Notes: generated by a model not told the origin, from the sequence alone. A stretch of DNA of 64,000 nucleotides from a virus (IMGVR_UViG_3300026088_000014:1-64000); one strand, 5' to 3'; counted from the stretch's first letter, positions 19,882 through 28,557 are shown. Numbers and translations are program-made.

Positions 19882-20184
19882 TCAGAAGCCATAAGACTTC
19901 AACGCCATCTCTCGCTGTTCGGCCATCTCAAGTCTTTTCTGGAACGGAACGCACGGGCCATCGGCACAGGTCGGGCAGGTCATCTTCATGCAGTTGCGGC
20001 ACATTGAACCGAATTCACCCATGGGAGCCATCGGTTTGACATGGATGATTCGGTTACAATGACAGCAAGTGAAGGTGTCGCGCTCGATGACGCCGGCACC
20101 AACTTCCTCGCACCGGAACCTGTCGAAGTTTACCCTCACAGGATCAGGCGTAGTAATAACCGCGTAGCCGTGCGGATTCCGCAT
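19882..20184 (-). CDS. Cys-rich (zinc-finger-like) protein
   Basis: CCHC...CRNC...CPTC...C in 100 aa. Confidence 0.6.
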   Translation of the reverse strand: MRNPHGYAVITTPDPVRVNFDRFRCEEVGAGVIERDTFTCCHCNRIIHVKPMAPMGEFGSMCRNCMKMTCPTCADGPCVPFQKRLEMAEQREMALKSYGF

Positions 20185-20193
20185 TGTGAACTC

Positions 20194-20736
20194 CTACTCG
20201 GAGAACAACACGTTTCCGGTGACGGTGGTCGTCAGCGTGCCGCGGAAGCGCAGCGCCAAGCCGGAGAATGTCGTGGCCGAAGATGTGGCCGGAGACACGA
20301 TTTCCGATCCCGGAGCGGCGACCCAACGATACGAGGCGCGCTGGTTGACACCAACGTACCAAGGCTCGGCACCGACCGAGTAGCTGGCCGATGAGCCCTG
20401 CGAGGCGTTGATGGTGCAGAAGCACTGGAAGCCGGTATCCGCCGGGTCCAGGGTGAATGCACTCGACGCGCTCGACAGCGTGCCGGTCCAGGTCAGCGTC
20501 GAACCGATCGTAGTGCGGATGATCGAGTATTCGACGTAAGAGTCCGCCGGGGTGCCGTTGGTGCCGACAAGCACGTCGTACCACTTGACACGCTTGAGGC
20601 CGTTGTTGGCCGGCGGGCTGACCAGTGCGCTGCCGCTTGACGGCTGCGTCATGATCGCCGGCTGATAAGATGTCGATGCGGTCGTTTGCGCAGAACCAAA
20701 CGACAGGTTCGAGTTAGAAATTCCATAATTGGGCAT
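20194..20736 (-). CDS. Ser/Thr-rich putative virion protein
   Basis: 180 aa; 52 of 180 residues are Ser or Thr by manual count. Confidence 0.6.
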   Translation of the reverse strand: MPNYGISNSNLSFGSAQTTASTSYQPAIMTQPSSGSALVSPPANNGLKRVKWYDVLVGTNGTPADSYVEYSIIRTTIGSTLTWTGTLSSASSAFTLDPADTGFQCFCTINASQGSSASYSVGAEPWYVGVNQRASYRWVAAPGSEIVSPATSSATTFSGLALRFRGTLTTTVTGNVLFSE

Positions 20737-20745
20737 AGATGGCTC

Positions 20746-21729
20746 CTATCCCTGTTTCTCTGGGTTGCGTGCCTTCGCCAGCAACTGGTCCAGATACCAA
20801 GTGCCGCCGTTATCTTGCGTGCCGAGATGAATTTCCGTGTAGTAGACCGTATCTTCCAGCGCACCTTGCAGGTAGCGAAGGTCGGCGGTCTTCGACGCAA
20901 CCACGTTCTGTGCTTGCGCCAGTTCCTGATTACAGACGTTGATGCGGGATTGCAGCTCGGCACGACGCGCGAGCGTCTTTCTGCCGAATTGCGTAACATC
21001 AGAATATCCATACAGGCCAGGTGGCTGCATGATATCCGACTCGGGTGGTGCCCAGCATTTGATGCCGCGCTTTGCAGCTTCGACGAACAGCGCCTGCGTT
21101 CCTTGCCGCTGCACCATGTATTCGTCGTGCGAGGCCATATCGATACCATAGAGGTTAATCTCTTTGGCACCCTGCATCATGGCAAAGCCAAGCATCCAAG
21201 CGAACGATGAGGTAAAGAAGTAGGGACCGAATTCCTTTATGAGCTCGTCGCGCGGGAAGATCAGCGCATTCTTGACCTGCGACTGATCCTGCATATAGAG
21301 CGGGATCTTCAGCTCGCTAAGCCACTTCAGATATGGCTCGCCGTAGTGCTTACATTCCGGCCACAGCAGGTTGGCATGGATCTCAAACCACACGTCAGCG
21401 CGCGGCAGGTTATTCATGTTGCCGGGCGAGCAGGCCCAGATCTTCCAAGACGGGTCGTTGAACGGAGCCAGCAGACGCGATGACGGCGCAGTACCGATCA
21501 AGGCAACCTTGAGCGGAGCAGGCTCAGCCGCAGGGACAACCGGCATTTGAAACGTCGGCCCTATTCCGTACATAGGCTGCGGCAGCGCCCCGCCAAGCTC
21601 GACAAACGGATTGGCTGTCGTCGGCTCATGCGGCGCAACAATGTGTACCGGTGCATTGCCGGTATCTCCCTGCGGAGAAAGCTCCGGTTTCTTGTTCTGG
21701 TCGCCGAAGGTTGGCGTAATCAATGACAT
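20746..21729 (-). CDS. Putative Maf/GT29 (sialyl/pseudaminyl-transferase-like) glycosyltransferase
   Basis: KVALIGTAPSS resembles the L-motif (IVGNGPS); TSSFAWMLGFAMMQGAKEINLYGIDM resembles the S-motif (...G.keI.L.G.D). Confidence 0.55.
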   Translation of the reverse strand: MSLITPTFGDQNKKPELSPQGDTGNAPVHIVAPHEPTTANPFVELGGALPQPMYGIGPTFQMPVVPAAEPAPLKVALIGTAPSSRLLAPFNDPSWKIWACSPGNMNNLPRADVWFEIHANLLWPECKHYGEPYLKWLSELKIPLYMQDQSQVKNALIFPRDELIKEFGPYFFTSSFAWMLGFAMMQGAKEINLYGIDMASHDEYMVQRQGTQALFVEAAKRGIKCWAPPESDIMQPPGLYGYSDVTQFGRKTLARRAELQSRINVCNQELAQAQNVVASKTADLRYLQGALEDTVYYTEIHLGTQDNGGTWYLDQLLAKARNPEKQG

Positions 21730-21730
21730 C

Positions 21731-22117
21731 TCAACTTCCTATAATCTGCCCGGAGATCAGCGTGACAACCTGACCGACCGTGACCAGCGTACTGTTAAGT
21801 CCGTTGGCAATCGTGACGTTTGCCCCAGAAAGCGGAATTCCAACGGTCAGGCCAGAAATCATCACAGCTCCTGTCGAATCTTGTATCCTAGCTCCGTCTG
21901 CATTTCCAGTTGCGTCCGCCGATATATCTAGCGCCGGCACGGTGAACGTGAGTACGCCGGCTGCAGCGACGCCGCATGGCTTAGCAAGTGTAATGGTAGC
22001 AAGAGTGACCCCACCATTAAGGAGAAGCATAACTCCGTTACCAGGGCCTGCATCGATCGCAGTGATGACCCCATTAAGTCGGGCGGTGATGGCTGTTGTG
22101 CTGTAAACGATGGCCAC
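21731..22117 (-). CDS. Hypothetical virion protein (128 aa, GTG start at 22117)
   Basis: AIVYSTTAITARLNGVITAIDAGPG; RBS-like AGGA upstream of the GTG. Confidence 0.6.
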   Translation of the reverse strand: MAIVYSTTAITARLNGVITAIDAGPGNGVMLLLNGGVTLATITLAKPCGVAAAGVLTFTVPALDISADATGNADGARIQDSTGAVMISGLTVGIPLSGANVTIANGLNSTLVTVGQVVTLISGQIIGS

Positions 22118-22122
22118 ATTGA

Positions 22123-22845
22123 TTATCCTGTCTGCAGCACAGACACACCCAGCTGCGAGGCGTTGGAGGACGATGAAATCAACGTCACGCGCCACGCCGA
22201 GATGGGCGAGGTAAAGTTGGCTGTAGTAACCGCATCGATCGCGGTGGAGACAAAGGTCGATCCTGGGGTCTGCGAGATAAACGGGGTCGGATACCACGGC
22301 ACGATCTGTGGATTGCTGCTCGATAAGAGCTTGTTCGGACCCGGCACCGTCTGGGTGATATCCTCAAGGGTGCATTCAAAGTTGGCCGATGCAGTCCCGG
22401 TGGCGGTGAAGGTAAGCTGAACCGCCATGTCGAACGGATTGGCCCACGAATTGGTGGTGATCCACGGGGTTCCTGCCCGTGAAGACGTGCCCATATTCAT
22501 GCGCACGTTCAGCGACGAGCTGAAGGTCACCGAGGTAACTGACTGAAAATCCTGTACCGTGGTGCGAATCGAGCCAGCCGCACTTGAGCCAAGAATTCTC
22601 TCGGTGACGGCATCGCCGCTATCGCTGACCCCGGTCAGTGTGATGATAAGCGAGTCGCTGGCTGCCGCTGAAGACCAGAAGATAATCCGGCGACCGGTAT
22701 CCAGCAGCGAGGCAACCGCACCCGATGATGTGCCGATCTGTGCCGACGAGCCCGAGGTATAGAGGACGGTCTGCGACGAGAAAAAGCCCAGCATCCCGCT
22801 GGAGGATGTGGTGATCGACTTGTTGAGAAGGGTTGGTTGCGCCAT
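22123..22845 (-). CDS. Ser/Thr-rich putative virion protein
   Basis: 240 aa, about 32% Ser+Thr by manual count. Confidence 0.6.
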   Translation of the reverse strand: MAQPTLLNKSITTSSSGMLGFFSSQTVLYTSGSSAQIGTSSGAVASLLDTGRRIIFWSSAAASDSLIITLTGVSDSGDAVTERILGSSAAGSIRTTVQDFQSVTSVTFSSSLNVRMNMGTSSRAGTPWITTNSWANPFDMAVQLTFTATGTASANFECTLEDITQTVPGPNKLLSSSNPQIVPWYPTPFISQTPGSTFVSTAIDAVTTANFTSPISAWRVTLISSSSNASQLGVSVLQTG

Positions 22846-22854
22846 ATCCGCCCT

Positions 22855-23060
22855 TTAGTTGGGCCGATACTTGGCGTAGGTGATTGCCAATCGAGCCCTT
22901 TTTCCTGCTTTCCCTGGAGAATCCCTATGCTTGTGGGCGTACTCCATTGTGGACATTCCAGCTCGATGAGCCGCGGTTCGTAGCGCACCGGGTTTATGCA
23001 CAGCGTTCTGCATCCATTTCCCGGACCCGCCACCGGATGCGTAAGCGTCAGATCCTTCTA
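22855..23060 (-). CDS. -1 frame extension (KW..NAVHKPGALR family domain) of the 23058-23315 gene; internal ATG at 23013 would give 52 aa
   Basis: Frame is open from the slippery site to TAA at 22855 and encodes IEGSDAYASGGGSGKWMQNAVHKPGALR...GKAGKRARLA. Confidence 0.65.
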
Positions 23061-23067
23061 TTTTCCC
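23010..23067 (-). other. Predicted -1 ribosomal frameshift signal: G GGA AAA heptamer plus downstream H-type pseudoknot
   Basis: Heptamer directly precedes the TAG; 5-nt spacer; stems GGATCTG/CGGGTCC and GCATCC/GGATGC. Confidence 0.65.
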
Positions 23068-23315
23068 ACTGATCCGCCGCGTTTGTGGCCGATACTGGCG
23101 CTGGATAGTGGATGCTTGTCGGCACCGACTCCGCCACCGCGCGCCCGCTTGTCGAGGCGACCACCAGACTTGAAGCCGGCAACCGACCCGCCATCCTTCT
23201 TGGCCTTGCCACCACGCTTGATCCCGGCTTCTTTACCGATCTCGTCGTCGTGCGCAGCGCGCCGCTTGACTGATCCGCCGCCCGCCTTGGTCTGCACTGT
23301 ATGACGGTGTGCCAT
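23058..23315 (-). CDS. Small basic protein with repeated xxxGG motifs
   Basis: 85 aa; KAGGG, KRGG, KDGG, FKSGG, RARGG, HKRGG. Confidence 0.7.
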   Translation of the reverse strand: MAHRHTVQTKAGGGSVKRRAAHDDEIGKEAGIKRGGKAKKDGGSVAGFKSGGRLDKRARGGGVGADKHPLSSASIGHKRGGSVGK

Positions 23316-23326
23316 TTAATTCTCCT

Positions 23327-23665
23327 TTAGGCCGTGACGGACTGAAGCGCTTTGAGGGTGAATGTGATCGGCGTGGCGTTGGTCGTTGAGTTAATCCTGA
23401 CCCCGCCGAGCGGTGAGAGCACCGTCAACAGGTAGCCTGTGTCAAAAGCCGTATTCGACGAAGTGATACCGACCGCCGAGCTGATGACCGCCCATGTCAG
23501 GGTGGGGCCGCCAACGATGGTTGGGTCGTCGAGTGAGGCTTGAATGGTGAACGCGGCAACCGCCGAAGACGATGCCGTCAGCAGCAGCGTTGTATTCTTG
23601 GCTACCGGATTAAGGGCGATTCCGGCGCTGGTGCCTGCCGATGAAAGGGTTACGGATTGTGCCAT
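23327..23665 (-). CDS. Ser/Thr-rich capsid decoration-like protein
   Basis: 112 aa, two genes downstream of the capsid gene. Confidence 0.6.
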   Translation of the reverse strand: MAQSVTLSSAGTSAGIALNPVAKNTTLLLTASSSAVAAFTIQASLDDPTIVGGPTLTWAVISSAVGITSSNTAFDTGYLLTVLSPLGGVRINSTTNATPITFTLKALQSVTA

Positions 23666-23674
23666 TTGGCTCTC

Positions 23675-23830
23675 CTAGCCGTTTGTAACTTGGTAGACAC
23701 ACTGGACCTGCTGTTGTGACGCCACGCTATCATCGTAGATCTTTGGCAGTATCGTCGAGATTGGCGTGGCTGAGAACCCGCCGAGCGCAAACAGATTGAA
23801 AAGCGGTATAGGCCAAAGATCGATAATCAT
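23675..23830 (-). CDS. Small hypothetical protein (51 aa, MIIDLWPIPLF...)
   Basis: Read manually; fills the gap between the capsid gene and the next gene; GAGGG RBS. Confidence 0.45.
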   Translation of the reverse strand: MIIDLWPIPLFNLFALGGFSATPISTILPKIYDDSVASQQQVQCVYQVTNG

Positions 23831-23839
23831 GTCATGCCC

Positions 23840-24754
23840 TCACGAAAGCGGGAACGTGCCCCACACAGCGCGCCAGTCATAGTAGGACGGGACGTACCGT
23901 TGGTAGCCCTTGACCAGCAGGTTATCGGTGGTGAACTCAACGCTCATGTCCATCTCAAACGGCTTGCGATTGAACCAGATGAGACCGTCATGATTGGTGA
24001 GAATGAACCACGCAAAGGATGATGTCAGGTAGTCCCACACCAGGAATGACTCCTTGAGCGAGTCGTTCATGCCGAGGACGGCGTTGACATCGTTGGTTGC
24101 CGTGCCGGGACGCAGCTCGGAGCGCGTAAGACGCAGCGCTGTCGGCTCCTGTGCCGGCGGTACGATAAGCTTACGGCCACGCGCATGGATCTTCAGACCG
24201 GCATTGTCACGCCAAGAGGTGCGAACCGTAATGAGCGCATTGAGCAGGGTGGTCTCATTAAGGTCGACATCAGGGCTGGGCTGGTTGGCAATGGTGGAGC
24301 CGTCGATCGGGTGAGCTGTTGAGAACAACGCCACACCATCACCACCAGTTGCTGCGTTGTAGGTGGTGCCGGTATTGAAGACGTTCGCGGCATAAAGCTC
24401 TTCGGTTTCCTTGAACGACTCCATCAGGCCCATGTTCGATGGACCGAACTCGGATTTATAGAGGTTGTCGTCGATCGCCTTGCGGGTGATGGCATAGCCA
24501 AGCCCAATCTCAAGGTGTTCGGCGTTGTAGACAAAGCGCTGTCCCGAAGCGTTATCGAAACTGGTCGGCGCACCTTCCTGCTTCAACTGGGCATAGCCGA
24601 GGAACCGCATTGCGGCCCGGCGCTCCAGCGACATTGACGATTGCGTTTGTCTGAAGACCTTCGGCCACTGCCGCTCGATCATGTCGTACTTGCCGCTGAT
24701 GCCCCACAGACCGGGAAGCAGAAGATCGCGGATTTGAGCTAATGCGACAGGCAT
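23840..24754 (-). CDS. Major capsid protein (HK97 fold, Mu gpT-like family)
   Basis: 304 aa; KQEG, GYAITRKAIDDNLY, RKLIVPP, WDYLTS..AWF, DWRAVWG; downstream of the scaffold gene. Confidence 0.85.
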   Translation of the reverse strand: MPVALAQIRDLLLPGLWGISGKYDMIERQWPKVFRQTQSSMSLERRAAMRFLGYAQLKQEGAPTSFDNASGQRFVYNAEHLEIGLGYAITRKAIDDNLYKSEFGPSNMGLMESFKETEELYAANVFNTGTTYNAATGGDGVALFSTAHPIDGSTIANQPSPDVDLNETTLLNALITVRTSWRDNAGLKIHARGRKLIVPPAQEPTALRLTRSELRPGTATNDVNAVLGMNDSLKESFLVWDYLTSSFAWFILTNHDGLIWFNRKPFEMDMSVEFTTDNLLVKGYQRYVPSYYDWRAVWGTFPLS

Positions 24755-24843
24755 ATGTTAGTCTCCATTTGCCCGCTTCCCCGAAGCACGGTAGGACCCG
24801 CCCTACTCTCGTTAGATGCCAATCAGGGCCGTCAAGAATCTCC

Positions 24844-25491
24844 TTAGGTTGTCGGATAGACCAAGCCAGAAGCCTGCTGGAAGGCAAGTCCGACGAGCTG
24901 CACGACCGCGACCTGGAATCCTTCAGCGCCGGTTGAGGTGCCGTTGACGCCAGGAGGCGCGTAATTGCTGTAAAGGTCGACGACGCGAATGACCGCGTTC
25001 GAGGACAAACCGGTGGGGAAGCTGGAGGCCAGCGTCATGACGCTTTGCCCGGTCGCTTGGTTACCCAACGAAGAGTTCTGCACCGTTGCCGTATAGCCCA
25101 TGCCGATGCTGGTCGAAGTCAGAACAGCGCCAGAGGTACCTTGAACGATGTAGCGCTGCTTGTCGTCGGTGCAGACATAAGCGTTGGCCGGGGAACTAGA
25201 GCCCACGTTGCCGGGGAAGTAGCTGCTCCACACGACACGACCAACCGTTGCGCTGTAGTATTCACAGCCCAAGAACACACCGGCCATGCCGTACTCGTTG
25301 ATGATGCCGACGGCAGACGATGGGTTGGTGATGAATGCGTTGTTGGCAGAACTCCGATTTACGATGTCTCCGGTAAAATAGAGATTCGTATCGCTGGAGT
25401 TGATGAACAGCCGATCGAAACCAGCTGTGGGTGCGCCGCCTTCTGCGCGGCCAAACTGACGAAATCCAAACGGTGCGTTCGTGTTAGCCAT
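24844..25491 (-). CDS. Capsid cement/decoration protein
   Basis: 215 aa; MANTNAPFGFR...FTGD...GVFLGCEY; immediately upstream of the capsid gene. Confidence 0.7.
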   Translation of the reverse strand: MANTNAPFGFRQFGRAEGGAPTAGFDRLFINSSDTNLYFTGDIVNRSSANNAFITNPSSAVGIINEYGMAGVFLGCEYYSATVGRVVWSSYFPGNVGSSSPANAYVCTDDKQRYIVQGTSGAVLTSTSIGMGYTATVQNSSLGNQATGQSVMTLASSFPTGLSSNAVIRVVDLYSNYAPPGVNGTSTGAEGFQVAVVQLVGLAFQQASGLVYPTT

Positions 25492-25607
25492 GGCGGCTCC
25501 TATGCGACATTAGCTGCGAGCGTCGCAGCATCAGTCGGGTTGAACCGTCAAAGCGTTTGCCGGGTTAGGTTTTGGGGAGCGTCCCCGCGGTTCTATACAG
25601 AACCGGC

Positions 25608-26162
25608 CTAGTCCTTCGGAATATCAAGTCTCTCAAACGACTTGCCTATGCGATTCGTTTGTACAGCGGATGGATGCGCAGCGTCAAGTGTGACAGGCAT
25701 TCCGCCACCTTTGAGGTCGCGCTCCTTGAGGATGACGCGCTCTCTGGCTTCCTTGTATTCTCTTGCCTTGATTTTTGCGTAAAGCTCTTTCGGCATCCAG
25801 AACAGACCAATGGTGCCGTCGACCGTCAGTGGCTCGCCCTCATTCTTGTTGTCGTACTTATTGTCGAAGCGGCCATCAATGTCGCCTTTGCACACAGGTC
25901 GCCATCCAGCCTGTGTCTTGGCCTGCACGTTGGGATCATCCGCCTTGCCCATCGATGACAAGCGAACCCACTGCAGCTCAACACCCTCTGGAATGTCGTT
26001 GGAGGCGATGTAAAACCGATCGGTGATGCTGCGGCTGGTCGGATCGATCGAGTCGATATCGGCCACCATCTTGAACATCGGCCGCTTTGGCTCACGCGCA
26101 ATGGGTGAGGCAACCTTGGGTGGCCTGCCGCGCCGCTTGGGGACTTGTACTTCTTCGGTCAT
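25608..26162 (-). CDS. Conserved hypothetical head-module protein
   Basis: 184 aa; IPEGVELQWVR...GWRPV; N-terminal RRGRP AT-hook-like motif. Confidence 0.65.
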   Translation of the reverse strand: MTEEVQVPKRRGRPPKVASPIAREPKRPMFKMVADIDSIDPTSRSITDRFYIASNDIPEGVELQWVRLSSMGKADDPNVQAKTQAGWRPVCKGDIDGRFDNKYDNKNEGEPLTVDGTIGLFWMPKELYAKIKAREYKEARERVILKERDLKGGGMPVTLDAAHPSAVQTNRIGKSFERLDIPKD

Positions 26163-27196
26163 TTGCGGGTTTCTCCATAGGTGCCATCAGCCAGCGCCTG
26201 TTGATATTTGACCAGCTGCCGGGCGTATTCGGCCTCGGTGATGCCTGAGTCTTTCGCTGCTTCGCGCTGCGCTGCGGTTAATGTGACCTTACCGGTCGGA
26301 CGTTGCCCACTGGAGCTCGGTGCCTCACGGCTGACGGGTGCGCTCACTGGAGGGCTCCTTTTCGGTGGTTCGGCAGCGGGTCGACCGCCGCCGCTAAGAA
26401 ACTCAAGAACTTCCTCGACGCGCGGGAGATAAGCTGGTTCGCCCACCTTCAGCCCCTCGTTATAGGCAATCTGCGAAGCATTAACGAGATAGCCATACTT
26501 TCTGTCGTCTTCGATGTACTCGGGGTGCTGTCGAACCCACTCGGCTTCCGCTGCAGGCAAGTTTGCGGTAACCCCCTCGATCGTCCTTTTCTGCGGCTGT
26601 TCTTGTGCCTTTGGCTGCTCCGGCACAGCCTTTCTCAGCTTGTCGCGCTCGTCTCGCAACTCACGTCGCTTGGCCTGAATCTCGGCAATACCGGATTCAA
26701 ACTTCCCCATATCTGTCTGCGCCGACACAAGCCGGCCCATCGCTTCGATCTTGGCGTCCGCATCCCCACTATTCTCGGCATTGCGCAGGTCGGACATTGC
26801 CTTCTCTACCGTCGCTTTCGCGGCTGAGTGGCTGCCCTCAAGCGCCATCCGCTCGGCTTTGAGCCTGTCCCGCTGATTGCTGATGTCCTTAATCGCTTGT
26901 TCGGCCCCAAGGCGGTCGAACTTCTGCTTCCACTGAGCATCGACCTGCTCCCTTTGGCGGGCTTCGTTGCGCCTGATTTCCTCAATTTGCTTCTTGAGCG
27001 CGGCTGCCGCGTCATCGATTGTCGGCTCTTCCACAACGGGAGCTGGCGGAGATTCCTGGGGTTGTTCAAATGGCTCTGGAGTTTCGCTGACAGCCGCCTC
27101 TTTGACCGGCTTTTCCTGTTCCTCGGCAGCCGGTGTAGCGGCGTCTGAATCGAACAGCTCTTCCTTCTTGGCTGTCGGTTGGCGTAGTCGCGGCAT
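26159..27196 (-). CDS. Scaffolding protein
   Basis: 345 aa coiled coil ending VTLTAAQREAAKDSGITEAEYARQL; located between portal and capsid genes. Confidence 0.75.
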   Translation of the reverse strand: MPRLRQPTAKKEELFDSDAATPAAEEQEKPVKEAAVSETPEPFEQPQESPPAPVVEEPTIDDAAAALKKQIEEIRRNEARQREQVDAQWKQKFDRLGAEQAIKDISNQRDRLKAERMALEGSHSAAKATVEKAMSDLRNAENSGDADAKIEAMGRLVSAQTDMGKFESGIAEIQAKRRELRDERDKLRKAVPEQPKAQEQPQKRTIEGVTANLPAAEAEWVRQHPEYIEDDRKYGYLVNASQIAYNEGLKVGEPAYLPRVEEVLEFLSGGGRPAAEPPKRSPPVSAPVSREAPSSSGQRPTGKVTLTAAQREAAKDSGITEAEYARQLVKYQQALADGTYGETRK

Positions 27197-27207
27197 ATAC
27201 CCCTCCG

Positions 27208-27627
27208 CTAAAAGATTGAATTCGGGTCATCCACCTTCATCATGATGCTGGCATCCCTCAGCAACCGGCAAGGAAATCCATTAACCATGAGGCTTCTGGC
27301 GTCGACCACGTTGTAGACGGCCCACTCCCCGACCTGCACCTTGTCTGCATCGGCGAAATGGTATTCCGCGTCATCCTGAAAGGCAGCTGTGCCCCACTTG
27401 AGGACGAGGCCGACCTTGCCCTGCCAAACATCCTCTTCCTTGTTCGCATCGGGGCGAATGATGCCGCCCTTGGTCTTTTCCGGTCGCATGTAGGTGGCGA
27501 CCAGAACTCGGTTTGAAAGGACGTAGTGGCCGGACAGATCACCGACGAAATCGATGATCGCTTTCTTCGGGTCTTTCGCATTGGCAACAATGTCAATCGC
27601 CTTATGAGGTACTACAACACCCATCAC
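27208..27627 (-). CDS. groES: Phage co-chaperonin GroES-like protein
   Basis: RVLV...EKTKGGII.PD...G.V...G...VQVGEW. Confidence 0.8.
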   Translation of the reverse strand: MMGVVVPHKAIDIVANAKDPKKAIIDFVGDLSGHYVLSNRVLVATYMRPEKTKGGIIRPDANKEEDVWQGKVGLVLKWGTAAFQDDAEYHFADADKVQVGEWAVYNVVDARSLMVNGFPCRLLRDASIMMKVDDPNSIF

Positions 27628-27809
27628 TCGTATTCCTTTTCTATTTCGTCAGCAAGTGCGAGGGCATCCATGAGGCCCTTGATGAAACCGACATTTTCCC
27701 GGTAAGCCGCGTAGTCCGCACACTGACCGGAGGCGATACTGCCTGCTCGCGCCTCTATGGTCTCTTCGATCTTGGCGCGCAGCAGCGCGTGGAATCTGGT
27801 TTGCACCAT
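27624..27809 (-). CDS. Small hypothetical protein
   Basis: 61 aa; DYAAYRENVGFIKGL. Confidence 0.65.
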   Translation of the reverse strand: MVQTRFHALLRAKIEETIEARAGSIASGQCADYAAYRENVGFIKGLMDALALADEIEKEYE

Positions 27810-28336
27810 TACTTTGCGTTGTACTTCTTCGCCTTCTGCAGACGGCCCTCGCCGCTCTCAGCCCCGGCAGTCATACCGAGCTTGCCGCCTCGCGCGAAGC
27901 CCTTCACCTTGCCCCCACGCTTCATCATGCCGGGAGGTTTCGGTGGAAGCCCAGGAGGTCCGCCCGGTGGGAGTCCGGGTGGACCGCCAGCCATTGGAGG
28001 AGGTGCGGGAGGCGGAGGCATGGGACCTCCTGGAAGCGCGCCGGGAACACCGGGGGAGGATTTATCTCCCGGAGCGACATTCACGATATTGATTCGCGTG
28101 GCACCCTTATCCTTAGTTCTGCCACCGCGGGCATATTTGTCGAGACGGCCACCAGATTTCATACCGGGAGGCGGCATCTGCTCGTCGCCACCACCAGCCG
28201 CCTGCTGGGCCATCAGATCCTGAAACAGCTTCTTGTCAGCCGCGGCATCCGCATGCGGTTGACCCTTCATGACGTGGCCGACACGCTTCTTCGACGTGGC
28301 ATGAGCCTTATGCTGAGCGAATGGATGAGCCATCAC
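27809..28336 (-). CDS. Pro/Gly-rich basic protein with xxxGG motifs
   Basis: 175 aa; MKSGG, YARGG, MKRGG, FARGG. Confidence 0.7.
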   Translation of the reverse strand: MMAHPFAQHKAHATSKKRVGHVMKGQPHADAAADKKLFQDLMAQQAAGGGDEQMPPPGMKSGGRLDKYARGGRTKDKGATRINIVNVAPGDKSSPGVPGALPGGPMPPPPAPPPMAGGPPGLPPGGPPGLPPKPPGMMKRGGKVKGFARGGKLGMTAGAESGEGRLQKAKKYNAK

Positions 28337-28557
28337 TTGCTCCCTGATTTGTGCGTATCGAAGTGCGGATATGGACTGCCGACACCGCGCACCCAGCCGC
28401 TGGCATCGTTGTCATATTTAGCGCCGTGCTTGTCCTCTGGGTCCTGCGGTGGCTGCTGACTCTTGGCCGGCGTCACCCCGCTGGCGTCCGGTGTGCCATA
28501 GCGTTCTTTTGCGGTCGCGCGACCCCACTTCTCGACATTCTGTGCCGGCTTCGCCAT
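28333..28557 (-). CDS. Small hypothetical protein
   Basis: 74 aa, coupled to the portal gene. Confidence 0.6.
   Translation of the reverse strand: MAKPAQNVEKWGRATAKERYGTPDASGVTPAKSQQPPQDPEDKHGAKYDNDASGWVRGVGSPYPHFDTHKSGSK

Noticed and set aside
21731-22297. 188-aa version of this ORF from the ORF track
   Set aside because: The extension overlaps 22123-22845 by 175 nt; the GTG at 22117 has an RBS and no overlap.
22635-23033. 132-aa minus-strand ORF (MAGPGNGCRT...)
   Set aside because: It overlaps the 240-aa gene; the alternative frame over the same DNA has a recognisable phage motif (KW..NAVHKPGALR).
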